Positions 10,744-22,199 of a DNA stretch of 64,000 bases are shown piece after piece; within the stretch, counting starts at the first letter, position 1, and the number at the start of each line of letters is the position of its first letter. Both the position numbers and the translations under genes were made by a program. Below the pieces are notes generated by a model that saw only the letters and a program-made list of their open reading frames with translations, did not search any database and was not told where the DNA came from. The DNA is from Octopus vulgaris (Eukaryota), in NCBI GenBank assembly GCA_951406725.2, contig OX597819.1:96162001-96226000 (forward strand), given 5' to 3'.

Positions 10744-13320
10744 GAGATACCCGGCGTTTCTCAGGAGTGAAATGGCATATTTGTTTATTCTTATCTTTTA
10801 TTTGTTTAAAACATTTGACTGTGGCGTTACTGGAGCATTGCATTTAGTCGAACAAATTGACCCAAATACTCATTCTATCGGTCTCTTTTGTGAAACTTCT
10901 AATTTATGGGGACGTGAACATACCAACATTAGTTGGCAAGCAATGTATACACACACACACACATATGTATATCAATATAAATACAAAAAAGTACAACAAG
11001 TTTGTTAAAAAAAGTCGATCATGTACATGCCTCCTGGCTGTTCTGATTATAACACCTCGTTGTAAACAATGTTCCTTGTTTTTCCTTGTGGAGATTATGC
11101 AAAGAGGTTTCTTTTGCTTCCCACTCTTGAGCATCCAACATACTGTTGCCCATGCAAGAAACAGGACACGAAGTGGGTATTGCAGTCTTCTGAACATAAA
11201 TGGAATTTCTGCTCCTGATGGAGTAAGAGGAATTCTTGGAATGAAGAAAGAATGATAGCCTCGATAACCTGAGATCATTCTCTTTATCACCAGTCGTGTT
11301 CCATTGCAAAATCTTGGTGGTTCCAGATTGTGGAGTAGCATTACAGGAGTTCCAACTTTAAGTGCTAATATGTGGGGGGATAGTCCAAGAGTCTCCCACA
11401 AATTGAGAAATTCAGGAGGATAGTTCACCACTTCATTTTTATCTAGAATTGTATCAACAGATTTGTAAGTATGAAGAGTGCCAGGAAGAGAATGCATTAG
11501 CTGTTGATTTATTTAACAGCGACGTTTTTCGGAGCTAATATTGCTCTTTCACTCAGGCAATTGTGATTTTGGTAGTTTTCTGTGAAGTTGGGAAAGACTT
11601 TGTATTTGAGGTCATCCACAGAATTAACAACAGAGGAAAATGACCACACTTCCATTTCTCCTGCAGCGTCGAGTGGCACCTTGCCATCACCAAGTGTCAA
11701 AATGTCCTGTGCAAACTTTGCGGACATTTAGTCGCCGTGTAGCTGAGCTCTCATGCTAGTGGTAAGACTGAAGGTCGTAACATGATGCCATAGGGTATAG
11801 GACTTTAGGCATGCTTGGACTTCATCTGCTCTAGTGCCTTTCGGAATGACAGGAAGAGCTTGCCTGAAATCACCTGACAACAAAAGAGTTACACCTCCCA
11901 TTGTAGCCTGACAGTCTCAGATGTCTTTCAGGGCTCTATCTAATGCTTCCAAAGCTCCCTTGTGAGCCATGGTGCACTCATCCCAGACGTTTAGATGACA
12001 CATTTTTAAGTACTTGCCCCTTATCTGAGCTTTTACTGATGTTGCACGAAGGCATTGCGGATGCTACTAAATTGGGAAGGAGCTTAAAAGTCGAGTGTGC
12101 TGTCCTGCCACCGGATAACAAAGTAGCTGCAATCCCAGAGGAAGCCTCAGCTACTGCAATGTCATGGTGCTGCCTAACTTCTGCAAAGAGAAGCTTCAAA
12201 ATAAATGTTTTTCTTGTTCTCCAGGAGCATCCAGGAAAAAGATTCGTCCCTCGTTTTGGCGTAAACTCTTAAGAATATTTCCTGTAGGCCTGCAGCTGGT
12301 CCGGAAGTAATTTAAGCTCATTTTCAACAATGTACTTTGAAAGCGCTTGAGTGTTATTGGATGTTTCACGAATGACAGCAGTGGGAACGTTATTTGACCC
12401 TGACCTGAATGTTTGTGGGAGGCCATATTTGAACAATTCATTTCCACCCAGTGTAGCAATTCTGTCTTCAATGACAATGAGAGTTTTGTTATAGACTTCA
12501 TTGCTGATACCCTCCATGTCAGGATAGAGCAGTTGAGCTTCTCGCTTAAAATCTTCAACCAGGTTGTCTCTGTATTTGAGTCACATAGTGTGCATGTCTG
12601 TAGTAATACTGAAAATAGTGGCCTGAGACTTTTATGTGATTTTGATAAAGCAGCCTCTCCCATACTTGCATCCTATTGTGCAACATCTTGTAACAGACCT
12701 TGTCGACAGCAGGCTTCTCTGTATGTTGTGCAGACATGTCCATGAACGGTTTTTAGGGCCTGGAAACACGTTGGCATTCTGACCTCATGCAGTAGAGGTG
12801 AAGTGGATGACAATATATTCCATTTGACAACGTAGCATGTGGTTAATCTCTGTTACCATCTTCCATTGACCCGTAGTGAGAAGTAAGTTTTATTTCCATG
12901 TCGTGAGAATAAAATGAGAATGAGATGTAAGGGGACAATGTTTTTGAGGCTCCGGTTCGAATGTAAAGCAGGTCTGAAAGGGTTCTCCACAGCTATTAGT
13001 AGCAGTAGTACTGTGTTTAAGACGAATATGTATGTATGCATGTATATATGTGAGTTAATAGTTTCACTATAATAGTGAAAGTATGAAACTGAAAGCATCT
13101 CACATTACAATAGACATGTTATTGTCTCACTTTTGACACGTAATACTGAAATAGTGTAAGAGGTAAAAGATTACTCTGGGTTCGCATTAGGCAAGAAGTT
13201 TTTTGGCCCATGACACTGTATGGACCCTAAGTAAGACATGTGTAAAATTTGAATGAAATCGGTTGGGTAGTTCTCGAGTTTTAGGGATTCACACAGACAC
13301 ACATTCTCATCTTTATATAT
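10742..13320 (-). mobile_element. Helitron relic (internally deleted RepHel, PIF1-like helicase)
   Basis: Minus-strand fragments FFLDAPG, GIAATLLSGGRTAHSTFKL, LSERAILAPKN, LKVGTPVMLLHNLEPPRFCNGTRL and FIPRIPLTPS...FRRLQYPLR. Helitron-like 5' end (tatataaagatgagaatgtgtgtctg...ccgatttcattcaaatttt) near 13320; decayed 3' hairpin near 10742-10765. Confidence 0.88.
10790..10970 (-). mobile_element. SINE family B tail fragment nested in the Helitron
   Basis: catttgactgtggc..tactggagca...ttagtcgaacaaattgacccc...attctatcggtctctttt. Confidence 0.7.
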
Positions 13321-13537
13321 ATATATATGTATGTGTGCGTGCGTGCGTGTGTATGCATGTATGCATGTATGCGTGTGCGCGCGCGCGCGTGTGTGCATGT
13401 GTGTGTGTGTATGCGTGTTTTGTGCGTGTGTGTTTGTATATATATATATATATCTATATACATACAAACACACACATACATATATGCATATATCTGCATC
13501 TACATCCTCTCTCTTTCTCTCTCTGTCTTTCTTTCTC

Positions 13538-13609
<72 letters not shown>

Positions 13610-13660
13610 CATATACATATACATATATATGTATATATGTATATGAATACATATACATAA
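13310..13660. repeat. Compound microsatellite (TG/CG/CT/TA)
   Basis: Direct reading. Confidence 0.9.
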
Positions 13661-14403
13661 AACAATAGGATGCTGAATTAATGACGGCGAAGTGTTATTT
13701 GACTTTTGAGAATCGGGTGTATGCAGTCTTTTCTTTGATAACTTCAAGTACGTGTGTGAACGCTCCATATTGTTACCTTTTAATAAGACTTCCAAATAAA
13801 TCGATTTTATATTCCAACTAACTAATCCAATTGGTTGACATCGAAATTAAGTCAACTTGTCTGATGCATTTCAAGTGCATCTAACAAATGCATCTCATAA
13901 GTGCATCTTACAAGCTGACATCGACTGTAAAACAGGATCGATATGTAAACCTGGACAAAATCAATTATCTGTCAAATCAATTGCTTGGGGGCGGTTTACT
14001 GCAATAGCTAATGCTAATCAGATTAAGTGCAGCTTTCTGTACTAAACGACTGCAACAATTGGCTGACATTGGTTATAATTACGTTGAGCTGAAAATCCAA
14101 CAATTTTATCTCATTGGTCAGTTACTTCTATAAGTCTTTGTAAAACTCTGAAATTCTTCAGCTACTACAATAGACAAGCTAATATATGTGAAAGATATAG
14201 AAGAATATGAGAATTTCAGTTGCGGATAGGAATATAGGATGTGACGTTTCGATATATTGCTCATCATTTGTGAAAGAGAGAGAGAGATAGAGAGTAGGAT
14301 AGAGATAGATTTAGATAGTGATAGAGAGATAATAAATAGACAGACAAGCAGATAGAAGGATAGATAAATGGATAGGCAGATAGATAGGTAGACACACACA
14401 TAC

Positions 14404-14820
<417 letters not shown>

Positions 14821-15036
14821 AATTCGGGGTGAGTACTTGATAATTATAAGCACCTGTGTATACCGTTTGGTGGTGTAGGTGGTGGAGTAAATTGATCAAA
14901 AAGAAGGCCACAGACATACATTATGCATTGTTATAAATCTGTCTAATAAAGGCCCGAAACATATGTACCGCTGAATCCTTGGCATCATGTTTTTTTTTGA
15001 TCAAATTATATATATATATAGATAGATAGATAGATA

Positions 15037-15450
15037 CGAGTAAAACGCCCCCCCCCCGTCCAATGGACGGTGCTGAGTTTGTCAAACATTTAAACCAAAT
15101 TTTCTCAAAACAACTTGTCCGACCGTCCCATAGACCTCCCCTTTGAGAAACACTGATTTAACCTAAATTTGAAACACCAAACAGGCCGGCTTTTTTGTAC
15201 AAACTGTACGTTCATTTTTCTCGCGTACGCGTAGTATCGTTCGCAACAACTGAGGTACTTGCGCGTACAAATGCACGTTCCCACGGCTTTATCGATTGCA
15301 TTCTCACCTGGAATCGATTTTTGTAATTTTTTCAAGACTTATACACGCCCTGATACCGTCGGTATCTACATATCAAATTTGAGCGCAATCGGATGGAGGA
15401 TGCCCGAGATCCTAGAAGACACACAGACAGAACGGATTTTATATAATAGA
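15037..15450 (-). mobile_element. Non-autonomous Helitron
   Basis: Minus strand starts TCtattatataaaatccgttctgtctgtgtgtc...ccgattgcgctcaaattt and ends with hairpin ccgtcca-t-tggacgg followed by CTCG(T), a one-base variant of the CTAG terminus. Confidence 0.72.
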
Positions 15451-16382
15451 AATATATATATGTTCGACAAAAATTTCAAGGTGGTGCCCCAGCATGACCG
15501 CAGTCACTGACAACAAATACGAGACCCTAGTACTAGACAGATTCCACTGAGTGGCCGACATTTACATATGTGCAAAAAATAAGTCTCCCAAATTCTAGGT
15601 CTTCCCACCCTACCTATGTTCAGCGAATAGCACAGATGAAGCACGGATAAGGAAAATACTTTCATGCAAAAATACAAACCAACACTTCACAAACTTTGAC
15701 AGAGTACATACGCAAATAACTATTCACACACAAAGTTCATTCTGCCACTTATCATGAGGACACTACACAGCTAACAACCTAAATTGTAGTCATTGGACTA
15801 CATACAAACGACTCCTGTGCACTCTCCCACCTTGCAGACTTAATTTGGAGTGCCTTGATTATAACTAAACATATTCACTCAACCGCGTCGGCCTTCTTTG
15901 TAGGTGAAAAATATATTGTTACGTGACATAATGCACGAACGTAGTTGGAAACATACAAAAGGTTATAAACTTAATTAGGTGTTCATTCTCTACTGACACT
16001 TGACAGAAAACATTCAGAACATTGATTGTTTGGACTTGTTCAGTCAACTGTGTTAGCCTTAACTTACGACGCCAAACATTGTCACTTGATATGAACACAC
16101 GGACTTCGCGGGGAACCTACAAAAATTTCTAAGCCCGGTCCTGTGAATATCCTCTACCAATCAAATGCTATTCAAAACATAGTAATTTGAGCTATGAACT
16201 CCCTATAAAAGCGGGGCAAACTTCAATCACTTGTCAGAAGCAAGACAGCTGCGACATAAGCCACGTCTTTCTATATGAACTATTTGAAAATCAGTGTAAA
16301 CTTTGAAACCGGTTAAAGCCTCAAATATATTAATAACTATGTCAACCATTCTCAGTGTATTTTCAGCTTCTATTTTTCTTCC

Positions 16383-16461
<79 letters not shown>

Positions 16462-16648
16462 ATATATACATACATATATAAGAGGCTTCCAAATAGGAAA
16501 GCGTTGTGCTAGAACACAAAAAAGGGATAAATTCACGAAAGGAATGAAAATTAAAAACATTTACCATCTCAACTATATCCCAGACCGACGGTTTCTAACT
16601 ATTTCCTGCATAAAAATATATTTGCTGAAATATATAAAAATATATTTG

Positions 16649-16737
<89 letters not shown>

Positions 16738-16751
16738 TTGGTTATATATAT

Positions 16752-19072
16752 ATTTTTTTTTTGCTAGCTTCAGCTCAGAGCTGCGGCCATGCTGATGCAC
16801 CGCCGTTTTGTGCTACATTGTTATTGCGACGAACCTCGTCTAATATGTGGCACTTGGTGAAGAATGGAGTTTGATACAGCTACTTTCATTTGCACCTCTT
16901 GCCGTGAGGTAGGTTCATCTGGGACTCTTGACAGGAAGATGTCCAGCTTTGATTTAAAAACCGCTACATCTACTTTGTGCAAGTTCCTCAGACTCTTTGG
17001 GAAAATATTAAAAAGCTGTGGGCCCTTGAAACCCAGGCTGTTGCAGAAGCTGGTCCTGAAGCGTGATGGCATTGCTGGGATCTTTTGCACTATGCAGTGT
17101 CGTCCCGTTCTAGCATTGGTGTAGCTTACAATGCCAAAATTTGGCACAATTCCTTCCAGGATCTTCCAGACATATATTACTGCATACCTCTCCCGTCTTC
17201 TCTCCAGGGAGTAGAGTCTTAGCTGTTTCAACCTTTCCCAGTAGCTGAGCTGTTGCAAAGAGACGATCTTCTTTGTGAATCTTCTCTGGATTGCTTCAAG
17301 GTCCGCTGTTAATTTTACACTGGTGGGTGACCATAGCTGTGAGCAGTAATCCAGGCGACTGAGGACGAATGTCCGCCAGAGGACCAACATGGTTTCCTTA
17401 TCTCTGGTTCTGAATGTTCTTAGGATCCACCCAGCCAGTCGTCTGCACTTTGTCGCCATCCTGGTAATGTGCACTTGGAAAGAGGTATCATCACTCATGT
17501 CGATACCCAGGTCCCTCACAGACTTAGGCTCTGGGATTGAAATTCCCTGTGGACCAGTGTATCCTGTAAGTTTAATATTCAGTTTTGGATGCTGGTAGCG
17601 CAGGGCCTGGAATTTTTCAGCATTAAACTGCATATTATTATCCTCAGCCCATCTGTAGATTGAGTCCAACTCCTGCTGCAGGTGTGCAACATCGCTGGGG
17701 TTCTGTATTTTCTGCGAGGCTATCCGGGCATTTGAGAGCATATCTGAGAGGGCCACTATAAAAAGCAGTGGTCCCAAGACAGTGCCCTGTGGAACACCGC
17801 TTACTATTTGTGTGTTCATAGAGGTGGCTCCATTAACCACTACTGCCTGACTCCTATCTTTCAGGAAGTCATGCAACCACACTCCAAGTTTTCCAGCTAT
17901 GCCGAGGTCACGTAGTTTGTGGAATATCATACCATGATCCACCTTGTCAAAAGCTTTTGCAAAATCAAGGTAGATTACGTCCACATTTGATTTGTTGAGT
18001 AACTGCCTCAACACCCAATCATAATGCTGTAAGAGCTGGGTCAGGCAGCTCCTACCTGGTCGAAAACCATGCTGGGTATTACTCAGCAAGTTATTTTCCT
18101 CAAGGAATGCGATTAGTTTCTTTCTGACTATCCTTTCCATGACTTTGCTGATGTGTGAAGTCAGAGAGATAGGCCTATAGTTTTTGGCATCTGCTCTACT
18201 TCCCCCTTTATGTATTGGGCATATTATTCCCTCCTTCAGCTTGCTTGGCAGTTTGCCATTCGCAAGAAAGCTCTGGAAGAGAATCTTGAGGGGTTTTGCC
18301 AGGGCATGCTCACACGCTTTGAGGACAATGGCTGGGAAACCGTCTGGACCAGCAGCTGAGTTTGTGTCCACTTCATCTATGGCTAGTAGGACATATTTTT
18401 CGCTAATGTCAATACATTCTATTGTAACCGCCTTGCTGGTTATAGGTGAGGCGGCAAAGAAGTCCACTGGTTCGTTCACTTGTCTGTGTTCCAACGGGGT
18501 GGTAAAGACACTTTTGAACTGGCCATTCAGTATCTCACTGATCATAGTTGGACTGTCTGTGAGGGAGCCATCCTTTTGGAGGAGGGGTCCTATCTTGTAG
18601 TGCACTGAGACTGTTTCTTTTGCGTAATGAAAGAAGGCCTTTGGGTTTGATTTAATGTTTTTTATAACCCAGGCTTCTTTGTCTGCTTTCTCCTTCACAT
18701 AGGATTGTTGCAGCCTTTTTTCAATCTCCATCAGTGTTGTTTTTAGGCGGGACGTTTCGTTACTTTTGGGATGTTGGTTGGGACGATTTGCAACCTTCGT
18801 CCGTCGTCTCATGAGGATCTTCCTGTCTCTTGGAATCTTGCTCCTATTTGTTTTGGCCTTGTGCTCTGGGACATATTTCTGGCATACGGCTTGCACAGAA
18901 GACATGAAACATTCTAGTTTCATGTCAATGTCTGGTGTGGAGAGACATTCCGGCCAGTCCTCTCTGAGGATCTCTTTTCGGATCGATTTCCAATCTGCTT
19001 TGTGGAAGTTCAGATTGGAGAGATTTCGGGTGCTTCCTTTAGGCTGTATGTCTCTGGTTACTTTCGGCCCAG
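16752..19072 (-). mobile_element. CR1-group LINE, 5'-truncated young copy
   Basis: Open RT-containing frame; 3' UTR stem-loop ggcggtgcatcagcatggccgcagctctgagctgaagctagc followed by an A-tract. Confidence 0.95.
16821..18923 (-). CDS. LINE ORF2 reverse transcriptase region (700 aa open, no endonuclease domain, YADD motif deleted)
   Basis: GPDG, NYRPISLTS, QHGFRPGRSC, YLDFAKAFDKVDH, SGVPQGTVLGPLLF, RDLG and SLERRRER are present. The frame stays open upstream (NLNFHKADW) to the truncation at ~19070. Confidence 0.85.
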   Translation of the reverse strand: MKLECFMSSVQAVCQKYVPEHKAKTNRSKIPRDRKILMRRRTKVANRPNQHPKSNETSRLKTTLMEIEKRLQQSYVKEKADKEAWVIKNIKSNPKAFFHYAKETVSVHYKIGPLLQKDGSLTDSPTMISEILNGQFKSVFTTPLEHRQVNEPVDFFAASPITSKAVTIECIDISEKYVLLAIDEVDTNSAAGPDGFPAIVLKACEHALAKPLKILFQSFLANGKLPSKLKEGIICPIHKGGSRADAKNYRPISLTSHISKVMERIVRKKLIAFLEENNLLSNTQHGFRPGRSCLTQLLQHYDWVLRQLLNKSNVDVIYLDFAKAFDKVDHGMIFHKLRDLGIAGKLGVWLHDFLKDRSQAVVVNGATSMNTQIVSGVPQGTVLGPLLFIVALSDMLSNARIASQKIQNPSDVAHLQQELDSIYRWAEDNNMQFNAEKFQALRYQHPKLNIKLTGYTGPQGISIPEPKSVRDLGIDMSDDTSFQVHITRMATKCRRLAGWILRTFRTRDKETMLVLWRTFVLSRLDYCSQLWSPTSVKLTADLEAIQRRFTKKIVSLQQLSYWERLKQLRLYSLERRRERYAVIYVWKILEGIVPNFGIVSYTNARTGRHCIVQKIPAMPSRFRTSFCNSLGFKGPQLFNIFPKSLRNLHKVDVAVFKSKLDIFLSRVPDEPTSRQEVQMKVAVSNSILHQVPHIRRGSSQ

Positions 19073-19180
19073 AAGGATGGAAAGTAAAGTCAACTGCTGC
19101 AGAATTTGAACTCGGGACATAAAGACAGATGAAATACTTCTAAGCATTTTGCCTGGCATGCTAACGTTCCTGCCAGCTTA
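19073..19180 (-). mobile_element. SINE family A head joined to the LINE 5' end
   Basis: agctggcaggaacgttagcatgccaggc...gagttcaaattctgc..gttgactttactttccatccttc on minus. Confidence 0.8.
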
Positions 19181-19237
19181 CATATATATATATATCGAGT
19201 TTGTAATGTTATGTTTTTTCTTATATCTCTTGAGTTT

Positions 19238-19301
19238 GCTGCACTGACGAACATGAAATGCATATTCTGCATTAAATGCGAAATCACATGTGATATGTAA
19301 C
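19238..19301 (+). ncRNA. Type I hammerhead ribozyme motif, copy 1
   Basis: GCTGCA-CTGACGA-[ACAT..AATGCA-TATTC-TGCATT..ATGC]-GAAA-TCAC-AT-GTGA-T-A-TGTAAC; helix I has one mismatch. Confidence 0.68.
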
Positions 19302-19734
19302 TGAATTCTTTTTTAAAATGATGTGTTTTGAAGTTTTGCATTCGGTAATATTTTGTTTATTTTTAGTAGTTTTGACCGCATTGGTCCCTCTTAGCGTGTT
19401 GGTATCTACTAATAGTAGTACCCTCATTATAATATAAATGAATATTTTCAAAGAGGAAGAATTTACGGATTTTTTCTCTTACGAGGTTTTTCACGCTGAC
19501 TACTGATAATTTCTTTTAAAGATTTTATCCTCAATTGTTAATTTATATTTTTCACCGGAATAGTTCAATACTGAATTTTTATTCCGACTAGACAATTTGT
19601 GACCGAAATGCATTGCGAAAAAGCCCGCCATTTTCATAGATATGTAAGGATAAACATTCGTACATGCTACGATGAATTCTACGGTTGGCTATCGAGTTTG
19701 TAATGTTATGTTTTTTCTTATATCTCTTGAGTTT

Positions 19735-19798
19735 GTTGCACTGACGAACATGAAATGCATATTCTGCATTAAATGCGAAATCACATGTGATATGTAAC
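19735..19798 (+). ncRNA. Type I hammerhead ribozyme motif, copy 2
   Basis: Same as copy 1 but helix I GTTGCA/TGTAAC pairs fully (one G-U); palindromic helix III ATCACATGTGAT; AUA triplet. Confidence 0.75.
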
Positions 19799-19931
19799 TG
19801 AATTCTTTTTTAAAATGATGTGTTTTGAAGTTTTGCATTCGGTAATATTTTGTTTATTTTTAGTAGTTTTGACCGCATTGGTCCCTCTTAGCGTGTTGGT
19901 ATCTACTAATAGTAGTACCCTCATTATAATA

Positions 19932-20176
<245 letters not shown>

Positions 20177-20187
20177 CCAATTTATAT

Positions 20188-20750
20188 ATATAAATAAGGG
20201 CAAACGAAAAAATTTCTAATACCAAATATGCCGAAATTAGACACCTTGTCCATAACCATATAATTTTTCACAATACGCACGCTACTCAAAAAAGGTCGAC
20301 AGAAATTTCTAAAAAAATTCCATTATTACCATATCGGACCGATTTCAGGGTTAGTTCATAAGAACCTTCCCTTCGTCACTGATAAATGTGGCAAAGAAAT
20401 AAATGAGATACTTACTCATACCCATGGAAGAAGCAAACACTAAGTCATGAGCACAATTAAGTACCCCAAATACATCCAAAATAGAAATTCACCAGCCCAT
20501 TTGAGACACGTGCGATTTGAATTGAGGCTCTCACAGAGTGTGAGTCCGGAAGTGAACACTATTAAATTTATATTTAATGTAGGATAAAATTTTTTTTTCG
20601 AAAAAATTTTATCAATGGCCAGCATATTAAAAAATGCCTTTAAAGGTTAAATTTATAAACAACTTATAAATAAGGGCAAACGAAAAAATTTCTAATGCCA
20701 AATATGCCGAAATTAGACACCTTGTCCATAACCATATATTTTTTCACAAA
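20188..20750 (-). mobile_element. Tandem unit of ~476 bp with terminal redundancy and a decayed hammerhead
   Basis: taaataagggcaaacgaaaaaatttctaat...ccataaccatata at 20191 and 20667; HHR-like motif on minus at 20331-20385; related copy at 34740-34962. Confidence 0.65.
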
Positions 20751-20830
20751 TGTGCTGCTGAATTTCTTGAATGAACGCATTGTGACCAGCGATGTGTAGC
20801 AACATCTGATGGTCTGGTCGGTCACGTGAT

Positions 20831-20953
<123 letters not shown>

Positions 20954-21976
20954 CAGAAACGTGTTGTTAATTGGTGTGACTTGTGAACGAAATGTAGGTA
21001 CGGCTGAGTGGTTAAGAAGTTCGCTTTGTAATCTTGAAGTCGAGTGTTTGATTCCATTGTGTAGCATGTTGGGTACGTGTATTTGATCATAGATTCGGGT
21101 CGATCCAAATTATGTTAGTAGTAGATGTAACTGTGGAATATTCAGCCACTCATACATTAATTTGATAGGTTGTTTAGATTATTGAACTACTGAATAGTCA
21201 TCCTAGAAACTGATGAAGAATGCATCGAAGCGAGAACACCACATTTTTTTCTCCGTTCCACGACAATTGCAATAATCGACTTCTCCTATGAACTTTTCTA
21301 TTGACTAAATATTGATGATTTACAATACCATTAGTCTATTTGCATTCTGGAGTTTAACCTAACGAATTCTCCGGAAATGAATTTAGTTCAGTCGAAATAA
21401 GTGAAACATTTCTGTTTTATTTATATCTACGTTTCGAATGGTTTGATTTCAGATCAAATTGATCGAAAAAATGTCTAGATGTAAATATTTAAAGATGTTT
21501 TGTGTCTAAAAAATGAGTTAAAAGTCGGATAAAGTATAATGTTGTTAGCAATAAAACATCTCGGAAAACAAGGCATTTACGTGTAAATGAAATATTATCC
21601 AAATAAAACTGACTTCTTTGAATTATTCAAATTCATAGTGAAAGCCTAAATAGGCTACAGTATGTACACTTCCTCAGCAGATTTAGATTAACGAAGAATA
21701 TACATACATACCTACATATACATACATACATATATATATATATATACGAAGAATATACATACATACCTACATATACATACATATATACACACACACACAC
21801 ATTCATCCATAAATACATATATATATATGCATATATATACACATACATATGTTTGTAGGAAAGGTTGTCTCGAAATAAATATTGAAAATACTTCTTTTGT
21901 TGAATACATATATATTAACACAAGGAATGTTGGTGGTACATTTCCAACAAAATGCAGTCATAACCGAACTGATATA

Positions 21977-22192
21977 CTAGGGGTTGCTGAAAAGTTTCTG
22001 GCTTTAAGGGTATCACAAAAGCCTCGTTGGAGGCTCAGCCTTCCGAGTTCTTTTACAAGGCTTACAAAAACTGAAGGACCGCTGCAGTAAGTGTGTGAAT
22101 CTGAAAGAGAAATATGTGGAATAAAATTATAATTAACTGATCTTCCTATATTTTCTTTTACCCAAAGCCAGGAACTTTTCAGTGTTCCCTCG
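21977..22192. mobile_element. mariner-type MITE
   Basis: TA-flanked imperfect TIRs ctaggggttgctgaaaagtttctggcttt / aaagccaggaacttttcagtgttccctcg; partial second copy at 35250-35340. Confidence 0.78.
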
Positions 22193-22199
22193 TAGTTGT

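Larger units (their letters stand above)
19193..19931 (+). mobile_element. Direct-repeat element (242 bp + 255-bp spacer + 242 bp) with one hammerhead ribozyme per repeat; retrozyme/Penelope-pLTR-like
   Basis: 19193-19434 and 19690-19931 are nearly identical (period 497 bp); flanked by (TA)n. Confidence 0.8.

Noticed and set aside
10496-11008. 170-aa ORF as a gene
   Set aside because: Chance read-through from a Tc1 fragment into the Helitron end and SINE sequence.
16864-19122. Plus-strand ORFs (86-138 aa) over the LINE
   Set aside because: Antisense shadows of the RT frame with no independent motifs.
21205-21240. CTGATGA...CGAAGCG hammerhead-like string
   Set aside because: The GAAA core is broken and helices I and III cannot be formed.
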